The position numbers were made by a program, and so were the translations under genes. Shown piece after piece: positions 19,975 to 29,088 of a DNA stretch of 64,000 nucleotides. The stretch's first letter is position 1; each line of letters begins with the position of its first letter. The notes under the pieces are model-generated. The model made no database searches. It was not told where the DNA came from and saw only the letters and a program-made list of their open reading frames with translations. Source of the DNA: an uncultured Verrucomicrobiota bacterium (GTDB lineage: Bacteria > Verrucomicrobiota > Verrucomicrobiia > Limisphaerales > UBA9464); NCBI GenBank assembly GCA_903854475.1, contig CAINWP010000080.1:1995-65994 (forward strand). The letters run 5' to 3'.

Positions 19975-21894
19975 ATGTTCCCTCCGGCCCGCACCGTCTT
20001 GTCGCTGCTGCTGTCGTCACTGCTGTCTTCGACCCTGTTGCCCGCGATCCTCGAAGGTCAAACCTCCCGCCGGGCCAACGAATCCGGGGCAGCCCGATTG
20101 AAGGTAGACCTGTTGGGTGTCTTCGCCCATCCCGACGACGAAACCGGCGTGGCAGCCACCATCGCCTCGCTGAGCCATGGTTCTGGTCGTTCCATTGCCC
20201 ATGTCTACTGCACTCGGGGCGAAGGCGGAGGCAACATGGTGGGAACCCAGTCGGGACCGGCTCTAGGAATCCTGCGGGAGATCGAACTGCGGGACGCCCT
20301 TCGAGGACTGGGTGTGCAACAAGTGCATTTCCTCGATAAGGCCGACTTCGCCTACACCGAAAGTCTCGGTGTCACCCTAGAGCGATGGAACCACTCGGAC
20401 ACCCTCGGCCGCTTGGTTCGGGTTATCCGCACCTTGAGACCAGAGGTGGTGGTCACCATGAACCCCGCCCCGTCGCCCGGGCAGCACGGCAACCATCAAG
20501 CTGCCGGATGGCTAGCCACCGAGGCCTTCGAGGCCGCGGCGGATCCCAACCGATTTCCGGACCACCTGCGCCTGGAAGGCCTGTCCCCATGGCGACCGCG
20601 GAAGCTTTTTTATTCCGGGGCCGCCGCGAATCCGGGGCAGTCTTTGTCGATCGCGCTCACTCAGACCCTACCCGACGGACGCCGGCCGGTGAGCGTTGCC
20701 GCCGAGGCCCTGTCGAACCACCGATCCCAGGCATTTGGTTCCATTGCCCAGTCGCCGTGGTTTCGTCGCACCACCAACCAATGGTTCACCCCGGTTTGCA
20801 GCGTCCTGCCCATCCACCCCACCGAAACTGATCTCTTCCAAGGGCTTCCACTCCCCGAGGCTTTAGGAGCCTGTCCCCCGCGTTGGGATGGGTTTCCGGG
20901 GTTTCCGGTGCCGGAGACAACTGAAGACACCGACCTGTTTTTCGTTCCAAGACCTGCGGTGGCTCGTTACCGAGAGTTTGTCCGCGTCCACCGGATCGCC
21001 CATGCGGCCCAGTCCTTTCAGGCCGATGTCCCCGTCGTCGCCGGCCAAGAAACGAGCCTGTCCCTTTTCCGGGACCGTTCTTTAGCCCAGGCAACGGTGC
21101 AGTTCCAAACCCCACCCAGCTGGTCGGCGCGAGTAATATCGGGAGGTCGAGTGGGCGTCATGGCCCCGGCCACGGCCCGTGAGGACGTCACACTGCTGGC
21201 GAGGGTCGGTGACCACCGAACAATGGTCCGCCTGCACCCGGTGCCATCCCTGAAGGTCCCCAGAATCGCAGCACTCCCCTGGAATCAAAACAGCGAGGAC
21301 CCAGCCTGGAAGGCCTTGCCCATCACCACCATCGGGCCCGAGCAAGCCTGGCAAGGCCGCTCAGACGGCGCTTCAGACTGCAGTGGTCGATTCCGTTTAG
21401 GCCATGACGGCAAACACCTCTGGGTGGAAATCCAGATCCGGGATGACCATGTGGTTTCCAACATCGAAACCAATGACATCAAGGGGCATTGGCGGAGCGA
21501 TTCGGTAGAGCTTTGTGTGGACCCCTCAGCTGGTGCTGAACACACGCTGGCTTGCTGGAAAACCGGTATCTTTCCCTTCGACCGTTCCGGCCAGGTCCGG
21601 GGTGCCCGCGATGCCGATGCCAATCCTGGCCCGCTAGAAACCCATTCTCCGGGCACCCGCCTGCTTTCGTGGCGCACTGCTGATGGTTACACTCTCCGTG
21701 CGCTCATCCCGTTGCGGGAGTTGGGATTGAAAGGAAAGTCCGGCGTCGGTGCTGGGTTCAATGTGTTGATCTATGACGGCGACAAGGTTGATGCCCAGCC
21801 CGGAGAAAACATCAACCGCACCCGACTGGCCTGGTCCCCACGACCCGGCGTTCAGGGACGGCCTGAAGATTGGGGACGGATCGTCCTGGAGTAG
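19975..21894 (+). CDS. Secreted PIG-L/LmbE-family deacetylase with C-terminal CBM9-like carbohydrate-binding domain
   Basis: Signal peptide and LLGVFAHPDDETGVAATIA (PIG-L motif). The C-terminal ~200 aa resemble CBM9/DOMON-like sugar-binding modules (LWVEIQIRDDHV...DSVELCVDP...FNVLIYDGD). Confidence 0.75.
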   Translation: MFPPARTVLSLLLSSLLSSTLLPAILEGQTSRRANESGAARLKVDLLGVFAHPDDETGVAATIASLSHGSGRSIAHVYCTRGEGGGNMVGTQSGPALGILREIELRDALRGLGVQQVHFLDKADFAYTESLGVTLERWNHSDTLGRLVRVIRTLRPEVVVTMNPAPSPGQHGNHQAAGWLATEAFEAAADPNRFPDHLRLEGLSPWRPRKLFYSGAAANPGQSLSIALTQTLPDGRRPVSVAAEALSNHRSQAFGSIAQSPWFRRTTNQWFTPVCSVLPIHPTETDLFQGLPLPEALGACPPRWDGFPGFPVPETTEDTDLFFVPRPAVARYREFVRVHRIAHAAQSFQADVPVVAGQETSLSLFRDRSLAQATVQFQTPPSWSARVISGGRVGVMAPATAREDVTLLARVGDHRTMVRLHPVPSLKVPRIAALPWNQNSEDPAWKALPITTIGPEQAWQGRSDGASDCSGRFRLGHDGKHLWVEIQIRDDHVVSNIETNDIKGHWRSDSVELCVDPSAGAEHTLACWKTGIFPFDRSGQVRGARDADANPGPLETHSPGTRLLSWRTADGYTLRALIPLRELGLKGKSGVGAGFNVLIYDGDKVDAQPGENINRTRLAWSPRPGVQGRPEDWGRIVLE

Positions 21895-21966
21895 CCGCCA
21901 ACCGACCCGTGGCCGACACACCCAAGTCCAACGGACCGGTTGATCACCGCCCCGACTTGAACCAAA

Positions 21967-23298
21967 GTGTCGCCCATGCTTCCCGAGTACGTTGAACGCG
22001 TTGTCAACCTCCTGGACCCCACGCTGAACCGTCTGCGAAATGTTTCGCAGGCGGAGGCCGTTGAACGGGTCCTCAGCGGCGATGCAGCCCGTGTGGCAGA
22101 GATCGACGGTTCCTTCGCCCTCTTGGCCCGCGACGGAAAGACCGTGCGCATGGCTCGCTCCCTCGATCGCCCGATGCGCTACTTCTTGGCAAAACGAGCG
22201 GAGGGTCCGGCCCTCATCGTGGCCGACCGGATGGATGCCATCCACGCCCAACTGCAGCTCGAGGGTTTGGCGGACCAGTTCCATCCGAGCTACACACGCA
22301 TGGTGCCGGCGCACTACGTAGTGGAAATCCAGCTCATCGGCTGCCCGGATCCAGATCCGGTCTACACCCGCTACTTCAACCCCGTCCCCAATTCTCTGCC
22401 GGCTGACCTCGACACCATCGGTCGCCAATACATCGGGGCCCTGGCCGACGAGATCGGCAAGCAACTCGGCTCGATCGATTCGAGTGAACCCATCGGGGTC
22501 GCCTTCTCCGGCGGAGTCGATAGCGGCGCGGTTTTTTTGGCCACCTACTTCCAGATGCGCCGCCTCGGCATGAGTCCCTCACGGCTCAAAGCCTTCACGC
22601 TTCACCTGGGCGATGGACCCGATTGGGCTCAGGCCCGAGCCTTCCTGGAGCCACTCGGACTCGGGCTCTTTCTGGAAGAGATTTCCGGAGATCCGCGCAC
22701 TTTAAATCCGTCGGAAACCCTGCGGGTGCTGGAAGATTACAAACCACTCGACGTGGAATGCGGCACCATGGCTCTGGCCCTCTGCCGCGGAATCCGTGAG
22801 CGCTATCCGAACTGGAAACATCTTTTCGACGGGGACGGTGGCGATGAGAATCTCAAGGACTACCCGATCGAAGAGAACCCCGAGCTAACCATCCGCTCGG
22901 TGGTCCACAACCTCATGCTCTACCACGAAGGCTGGGGCGTGGGGCGTATCAAGCACTCGCTCACCTACAGCGGCGGTCTCAGCCGCGGCTACGTCCGAAC
23001 CTACGCACCCGCCCGAAAGCACGGATTCGAGGGATACAGCCCACTCATGAGCCGCGCCGTCATGGCCGTCAGTGAAGCCATTCCATTCATCGAACTCACC
23101 CGCTACGACGTGCCGACGCTGTACTCACTCAAAGGAGAGATCGTGCGGCGCGGCATCCAGGCGGTGTTCGGTGTGGACATGCCCATCTTTGAAAAGCGCC
23201 GCTTTCAGCATGGGGCCATTTCAAAGGAAACCCTCCATCAACAATTCCCGGCCCAAGAGGCCCGGTATCGCCGTGAATTCATGGCCTTGTATTCCTAA
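21967..23298 (+). CDS. Asparagine synthase-related protein (Asn_synthase domain, PP-loop), no N-terminal Cys nucleophile
   Basis: PP-loop VAFSGGVDSGAVFL, then DGDGGDENLKDY. The N-terminal region keeps IDGSFALLARDG...RPMRYF, but there is no Cys at position 2. An alternative ATG is at 21976. Confidence 0.75.
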   Translation: MSPMLPEYVERVVNLLDPTLNRLRNVSQAEAVERVLSGDAARVAEIDGSFALLARDGKTVRMARSLDRPMRYFLAKRAEGPALIVADRMDAIHAQLQLEGLADQFHPSYTRMVPAHYVVEIQLIGCPDPDPVYTRYFNPVPNSLPADLDTIGRQYIGALADEIGKQLGSIDSSEPIGVAFSGGVDSGAVFLATYFQMRRLGMSPSRLKAFTLHLGDGPDWAQARAFLEPLGLGLFLEEISGDPRTLNPSETLRVLEDYKPLDVECGTMALALCRGIRERYPNWKHLFDGDGGDENLKDYPIEENPELTIRSVVHNLMLYHEGWGVGRIKHSLTYSGGLSRGYVRTYAPARKHGFEGYSPLMSRAVMAVSEAIPFIELTRYDVPTLYSLKGEIVRRGIQAVFGVDMPIFEKRRFQHGAISKETLHQQFPAQEARYRREFMALYS

Positions 23299-23435
23299 GC
23301 CACACCAACAAGGGGCAGGCAAACCGGGACCAGACCCCAAAACTCTTTAGAATTATTATTCGGCCAAAGCCCTTTGATTTCACCAAACCTCGCGAGTCAC
23401 CCAAGATGATACTCTCCCAATCTTGGTTATCTTAC

Positions 23436-24188
23436 TCACTGGGCCAACGGCGGCAATTCCGAGGTTTGTTGGGATTTATCCTGATTCAAGCTGAGGAGTT
23501 TTCTCTCGGCCTGGGAGCGATTGTGTACACCCAATTTGACGTATATTCGCCGAATGTAGGTCCGAACAGTCGCATAAGTGAGTCCCATGGCTTCGGAAAT
23601 ATGCTTCACCGAGTCACCAGTGACGGCCATCTGCCGCATCAACTCGTTCTCCTTGGCAGTTAACTCCGGCAGGTCTTGAAATTTCGGTTGCTCACGCGCC
23701 CCGTGGAATCGCCAGACTTCGAGCAGACGACGGGCAATTTGTGCATCCAGCGGTGAACCGCCGCCAGCAGCCAGCTTGACTCCTTCAACGATCGACCGCC
23801 AACCAGAGCGTTTGAGCATGTATCCCACAGCGCCGCTACTCAGCGCCTCGCGAATGGTGGCATCATCCTCGAAAACAGTCAGTATGATGAACGAACTCTG
23901 AGTCATCGTTGGACTCAACGCCCTAAGCACATCGATACCCGTGCCATCGGGAAGCCCCAGGTCTAGCAGGACGATGTTCGGTTGCCAGAGTGGCAGTCGT
24001 TTCACTGCATCCTTAACGGTTCGAACCCCGCCCTGGAACTCGAACTCCGGCTGGTTCTCCAGACAAGCGGCGAGCATTTCACCAAAACCGGAGGAATCCT
24101 CCACCATGGCTACCTTGATCCGCGGCTTGTCCCAGAGCATTTCGGGATACTCCGGAATCTTTATTGGCTCAGTCTTGGTGGTTTTCAT
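23436..24188 (-). CDS. Response regulator, NarL/LuxR family
   Basis: REC domain with acceptor context NIVLLDLGLPDGTG. C-terminal LuxR HTH: LTAKENELMRQMA...ISEAMGLTYATVRTYIRRIYVKL. Its start overlaps the kinase stop (ATGA). Confidence 0.9.
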   Translation of the reverse strand: MKTTKTEPIKIPEYPEMLWDKPRIKVAMVEDSSGFGEMLAACLENQPEFEFQGGVRTVKDAVKRLPLWQPNIVLLDLGLPDGTGIDVLRALSPTMTQSSFIILTVFEDDATIREALSSGAVGYMLKRSGWRSIVEGVKLAAGGGSPLDAQIARRLLEVWRFHGAREQPKFQDLPELTAKENELMRQMAVTGDSVKHISEAMGLTYATVRTYIRRIYVKLGVHNRSQAERKLLSLNQDKSQQTSELPPLAQ

Positions 24189-27100
24189 CGGGCCACTCGC
24201 GGTACTCGTAGGATAATAACCGAATGGGCGGGCGAGGAAACCAAGGAAACCGAGCCACCCACATCCAGCACCCTGCTCAACAAATTTTGCAGACCACGGT
24301 CCAATGCGAGAGCCGATTTGACATCGAACCCACTGCCATTATCAGTAATTTTATAATAAAACCAATCCGTGCTGACCCTCAATTCGATTCCAATCTGGGT
24401 CGCCGCTCCGTGTCGAACGGCATTTCGTGTCAACTCTTGAGTCGCAGCGATAAGCAACTGCCGAACCGATCCACTGATCTCAGCATCGCCTTCGCCCAGA
24501 ATTTTGAAATCCAAACCCACTAAACAGACATTGAGATAATTGCGGGCCAATCGCTCAATATGTTCACCTAGGTCGATGGCCCGTTCCGAGACATCTCGCA
24601 GAAGCCATACCAAATTGTCTAGTGCCTCCGTGGCCTCGACCGACCGGGAACGAATGCGATCGATCGTCGGATTCACCTGCTTCTGCAACTCCATATTGAA
24701 GATCACTTGCTCAGTCAGCAGTTGAATCTCGCTGAGTCGATTGCCTAGATCATCGTGCAACGTCCGAGAGATGCGAACCCGATCGCTCTGAATTCTTTCC
24801 AAAGTCCGAAGATGAACCCTCCGCCGTTCGAGACTCGATCCATACGATTGCGATACCACGAGTGCTCCGAAGAAAATGAATGAACCCAAGATGATCACCC
24901 GCCAGGCAAAGGAAATATTGGCGGATCGATTCACCTCCACCCGAGTCGTATGGATTGGACCCCACGCCCCTCCAGGCTGTTTATCCTGAATGCGGAGGGA
25001 GAACTGTTTTTTTGAAGGTGCAATAATGCGGAAAGAGTCGGCCACGCTCAATTGAATCCAGGAATGATCGTCCTCCGAGATGGAGTAGCGAACTAAAGGC
25101 GGTTGCAACGTGGCCGCCAGAGTTCTCCGGAGGCTCACCAGCGAATCGAACCCTTCCGGAATGCAAACACCTTTATTTTTATCACCGGCGTTGAAAGCCC
25201 TGTCCAAGCCGATATGGATCCCTAAGTTTTGAACAGCGGGGAGTTGCTCAGCGGCATCCCATCCGTCCAGTCGCACCAGCAACAACCCTTTGGTGGAGGG
25301 CAACGCCACTTCTCCGGAAGGCAGGACCCACGGGGCGGCGCTGCGTTTGGAATTGAGTTGGATCTCTGACAAAATGGAGAAGTGTACCACACGCCCCACG
25401 GGCTCCAGCGTGCCTGTTGACTGCGCATGCCCACCTTCCGCTGCCAATGCCCGATCTATCCACGCTGAATTCAACTCCAGGATCCCGGCATCCGTCGCTA
25501 ACCAGAGGTTCGACTGGAGATCCTCAAAGACCTTCGCGTGCATCTGGGGAAACACACCCTGTTTGGGGCCGAGATAAGCAGCTTTCCGCCCATCCCATAT
25601 GGCTACTTCAGAGCTCCCAACGACCGTCAATCGGCCCTGACGGTCCACAAACAACGACTGTGGATTCCGCACCGTTTCCAACTCCAGAGGCACCGGTTCC
25701 CAATGCCCACGATCCCAGCAGCGCAATTGATCTCCTGCGATGACCCATAACCGATTTGTTTGGATCGCCAAATCAAAGACCGGCTTTCCCACGAGAATAA
25801 CCTCGGGTTGGGTTATATTCGGGGGCAAATGCAGTAATTCTCCTAAATCGGTACCCGCCCAGATTCCGCCAGAGCTATCCACGGCGAGAGCTTTTACCGA
25901 AGCCGCTCCCACCCTCCCCGAATAATCGTGACCGGAGACACACCTCCCCTCGTCATCGATGAGCATCAGAAGGTTACCGCCTCCGACCACCACCCCCCGG
26001 GGTGAAGGTGCCAGGGCATTGACATAAGTTCCGCCTTGAAGGACTGCCGGCGCCTGAGAGAGCGCGCTGAGATGGTCCCCTTCCCGGACAAACAAACCGT
26101 GTGCCCCGGCTGCAGCCCACAACCGACCTCGGGAATCCCAAGCAATATTCTGAACATGAAACGCTTCCCGTTCGCCGATTTCCTGAGCCTGCAGATTTTC
26201 AACCACGTCGAGTTTATTCACCGTGGTAGCGGCCGTTGGGGTCAGCAGAAGATTGGAATCCTGACAAATCAGCAGAAGCCCTGACTCCTCCGCTCCTACC
26301 CACCAATTGCCCAAGGTATCCTCATGGATCGCCCGAATGGGCTCCGGGTGGGTGGCAATCCGACACAACTGCGGATCGGACCGGATATTCGTGAACCGAT
26401 ACAGCAATCCGTACTCGGCTCCCATCAACAGTTCCCCGCGCAAGGTCTCATGGAAGCAGTTCACCAATGGAGCTTTCGCCGCCTTGGATGGAAATGCCGT
26501 CTGCCACTGTTGGCCAGTGTGGTGAACCAATAGTGCCTCTCCCGACTGGGTCAGGATGGACATCCAGATGCGCTGCTGCCGATCTTCGAAAACCTCACAC
26601 CAGCGGACATGGGCGTCGGGTGGAAGCGCTCCGGGAATAATGTTCCATCCTTGAAGTGTTCCTCGCCAAAGATTTCCCCGATCATCGACTTGGTAGACAC
26701 CACCCTCGCGAGCCCCCCACAAGGACGGTATCATTTTTAGCGATTCTCTATCCGGGACAGGCCCCGGCGGCAACACCGCCTCCAGACCTCCGAACCGGCC
26801 CCGAATAACTGAGCCGTTCTGCCACCACACCCAATTCTTGCCATCCTTCACCACATCGCTCGCTGAAAATTCTTCCTTCTGATAGCCACTAACGGGGTGA
26901 GGCTTGAGGCAGTATGCGGACCCCTGGCCTTGGATCCATATTTGGCCATTACCATCAAAAAAGACCCTCCGAACCGGTTGATCGCTCAGACTTTCGAGCC
27001 CCTCTGGAACGAAGAATCGGGCCCCATCAAACGCGCGGAGTCCAAATCGGGTAACCACCCACAACAACCCATCGGGTGATTGATCCAAGTCCAGAATGGA

Positions 27101-27376
27101 TCCACCCGGAAGACCATCGCGCTCGCTCCAATGGGAATTCAGATAAGGCTTGGATACCGGACGCTCCATTGGAACCGCTGCCACCGGCTCGGCCCGACCC
27201 AGTCGCGACAAAACCACGCACAAAAACAGCGACAAGAGGCACCCTCGCACGATTCGAATCAGTGAACCAAATCTGTGCAAGGTCCGCAGGGTGCTCGAAT
27301 CAGAGGGCACGGTCGGAAAATGCGGATCCAGAGGCGCAGGATTCCGATCCCGGAAATGCGGATATGGGTGTTTCAC
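24185..27376 (-). CDS. Sensor histidine kinase with large periplasmic beta-propeller/Y_Y_Y-type region, HisKA_3 and HATPase_c
   Basis: 1063 aa with an N-terminal TM segment and a long repeat-like W/G-rich sensor region. After a second TM come the H-box ISRTLHDDLGNRLSEI, then ELTRNAVRHG...ITDNGSGFD...GLQNL. Confidence 0.85.
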   Translation of the reverse strand: MKHPYPHFRDRNPAPLDPHFPTVPSDSSTLRTLHRFGSLIRIVRGCLLSLFLCVVLSRLGRAEPVAAVPMERPVSKPYLNSHWSERDGLPGGSILDLDQSPDGLLWVVTRFGLRAFDGARFFVPEGLESLSDQPVRRVFFDGNGQIWIQGQGSAYCLKPHPVSGYQKEEFSASDVVKDGKNWVWWQNGSVIRGRFGGLEAVLPPGPVPDRESLKMIPSLWGAREGGVYQVDDRGNLWRGTLQGWNIIPGALPPDAHVRWCEVFEDRQQRIWMSILTQSGEALLVHHTGQQWQTAFPSKAAKAPLVNCFHETLRGELLMGAEYGLLYRFTNIRSDPQLCRIATHPEPIRAIHEDTLGNWWVGAEESGLLLICQDSNLLLTPTAATTVNKLDVVENLQAQEIGEREAFHVQNIAWDSRGRLWAAAGAHGLFVREGDHLSALSQAPAVLQGGTYVNALAPSPRGVVVGGGNLLMLIDDEGRCVSGHDYSGRVGAASVKALAVDSSGGIWAGTDLGELLHLPPNITQPEVILVGKPVFDLAIQTNRLWVIAGDQLRCWDRGHWEPVPLELETVRNPQSLFVDRQGRLTVVGSSEVAIWDGRKAAYLGPKQGVFPQMHAKVFEDLQSNLWLATDAGILELNSAWIDRALAAEGGHAQSTGTLEPVGRVVHFSILSEIQLNSKRSAAPWVLPSGEVALPSTKGLLLVRLDGWDAAEQLPAVQNLGIHIGLDRAFNAGDKNKGVCIPEGFDSLVSLRRTLAATLQPPLVRYSISEDDHSWIQLSVADSFRIIAPSKKQFSLRIQDKQPGGAWGPIHTTRVEVNRSANISFAWRVIILGSFIFFGALVVSQSYGSSLERRRVHLRTLERIQSDRVRISRTLHDDLGNRLSEIQLLTEQVIFNMELQKQVNPTIDRIRSRSVEATEALDNLVWLLRDVSERAIDLGEHIERLARNYLNVCLVGLDFKILGEGDAEISGSVRQLLIAATQELTRNAVRHGAATQIGIELRVSTDWFYYKITDNGSGFDVKSALALDRGLQNLLSRVLDVGGSVSLVSSPAHSVIILRVPRVAR

Positions 27377-27735
27377 TGGTTTTTCCGATCGAATCGCTGA
27401 GACGGCACGAAAACAACCCGTCGTGTCTCTCCTCTGGTGCTGACCGCGCTTTGGGATCGAGAGAGTTCATCCGATACACGATCAATATGTCCACAAAAGA
27501 ATACATCAAACCCTTCAAACCGCGCCAGAAATTGGCTTAAATGATAGCATAAACACCGATTTTAACCCTTTTACCAGTGAACGCCATCGAAAGACCAAAG
27601 GATCAATACTGCTTTTGTGGATCTTCCGTTACAGGGTTTTGTTGGGTATTCCTCTAGTCGTATCTAACGTCATCCTATTGTCGCGGGCGCATCTCAAGCA
27701 ATCGAAACGGTCTGATAAGACTGAATTTAATCTCC

Positions 27736-28071
27736 ATGAACAGCGCCTCAATCATCCTCGGAAAGGACCTTAAGGGGCAATCCATCTACCTCCGGTGGTT
27801 TTTGGAGGAACACCCCTTGGAGCGGAAATGCTTGCTCAGCATGTATCCGGCGAGTCGTAGGTGGTTGGTGCGTATTCTTTTATCTACCCGATGGATTTCC
27901 TTGCTGGAAACCGAAATCAACGTGGCAGCGGCACTCACCGGGATCAACTTTCAAGACCGCACCAACGCCCTGAAATCAATATCGGAAGCCTATCTCCGAA
28001 GACCAATACCCAGCGGGCCCCCTCGTTGGATCATCAGAATCCTGAATGCCGACCCTCTGCTGTTACAGTAA
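27736..28071 (+). CDS. Hypothetical small protein in an AT-richer spacer
   Basis: 111-aa ORF, the only sizeable one in the 27377-28118 gap. No family recognised, and its composition differs from neighbouring genes. Confidence 0.3.
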   Translation: MNSASIILGKDLKGQSIYLRWFLEEHPLERKCLLSMYPASRRWLVRILLSTRWISLLETEINVAAALTGINFQDRTNALKSISEAYLRRPIPSGPPRWIIRILNADPLLLQ

Positions 28072-28118
28072 ATAAAGGTTGCCGTTTTTAAAAATTAATT
28101 ATAAAAAAAACCAAAAAC

Positions 28119-29042
28119 ATGTATCGCTCCGCCAGATCCCCTGAAACATCCTCCGAACCTACCGTCCGCCTCTATAGCTGGACGCTCATCGAATCCAAGG
28201 CCGGCCTCCGTCTCAAAGGCTATGCCACCGACCCGGCTCGCAGCGAGCGCGGCAAGATGTTGTTGACCGCCCCGCTGGTCGGACGCATCGGCCAATACCT
28301 TCTCTCCCAAAAGGGGTGCTTGTACCGATTGGAAGCCCCAGCCACCACTGATCCAGAAAAGCAGGCCTCCATGCGAGCCACCATGGAGCAGATCAAGCCC
28401 GTGGGCGACGACCCCAGCAGCCCAAGCCGCGTTCTCCATACAATCGTGGCCGACCAGGATCCCAAAATTAGGGCTTTCCTGACGGAACTGTGCCATGCTC
28501 AAGGTTTAAATGTGCACGAAGCCGATTCCGCCGAACAGGGGGTTGATCTCATCCTTCAGGGCAAGGGTGACGGAGCCATTCTCCGTATTTTTGGCAACGG
28601 AGCTCTGGGTGTGCCGGTTTTCCGGATGTTGGCGGCTGTTCAGTGGCCACGGAAAACGCTCTTCATCCCACTAGAAACCATCTCCAACTGGGTGGAAATC
28701 CAAAACACCATTGAGAGCGGCACACCCGTCGCCTATACGGAGTCGCGGCGCATGTCCTTGGCGATCGAAGCCCTGCTGGATGGTCGGATTGGCCTCTCAC
28801 AGGATGTTCTCGTCGAGAGCGCTCCCTCTCCTCTCAAGAGCATCTACCCGCTTTCCGACCGGGAGCGAAACATCGCCGCGATGCGGGGCGCAGGTGTCCA
28901 ATGCCAAGATATCGCCGATCAATTAGGTTTGTCGGTGAACACTGTCTACGCACACACCCGGAACATCGCCCGAAAAACCCGACCCTTTCGTGGAAACTTT
29001 ACGGCGGTGACACCAAATTCCGGCGACGCAGTGGTTGCTTGA
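28119..29042 (+). CDS. LuxR-family transcriptional regulator with pseudo-receiver middle domain and unknown N-terminal domain
   Basis: C-terminal HTH LSDRERNIAAMRGAGVQCQDIADQLGLSVNTVYAHTRNIARK. The middle segment VLHTIVADQDPKIRAFL...GDGAILRIFGNG is REC-like but has no Asp at the acceptor position. Confidence 0.7.
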   Translation: MYRSARSPETSSEPTVRLYSWTLIESKAGLRLKGYATDPARSERGKMLLTAPLVGRIGQYLLSQKGCLYRLEAPATTDPEKQASMRATMEQIKPVGDDPSSPSRVLHTIVADQDPKIRAFLTELCHAQGLNVHEADSAEQGVDLILQGKGDGAILRIFGNGALGVPVFRMLAAVQWPRKTLFIPLETISNWVEIQNTIESGTPVAYTESRRMSLAIEALLDGRIGLSQDVLVESAPSPLKSIYPLSDRERNIAAMRGAGVQCQDIADQLGLSVNTVYAHTRNIARKTRPFRGNFTAVTPNSGDAVVA

Positions 29043-29088
29043 CGCTGGATTCCGGTAGCGATTTGAGCTCCCATAGCCCGAACAAGCT

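Noticed and set aside
21634-22464. 276-aa minus-strand ORF spanning the PIG-L / AsnB-like junction
   Set aside because: It overlaps two well-supported plus-strand genes and has no recognisable motifs.
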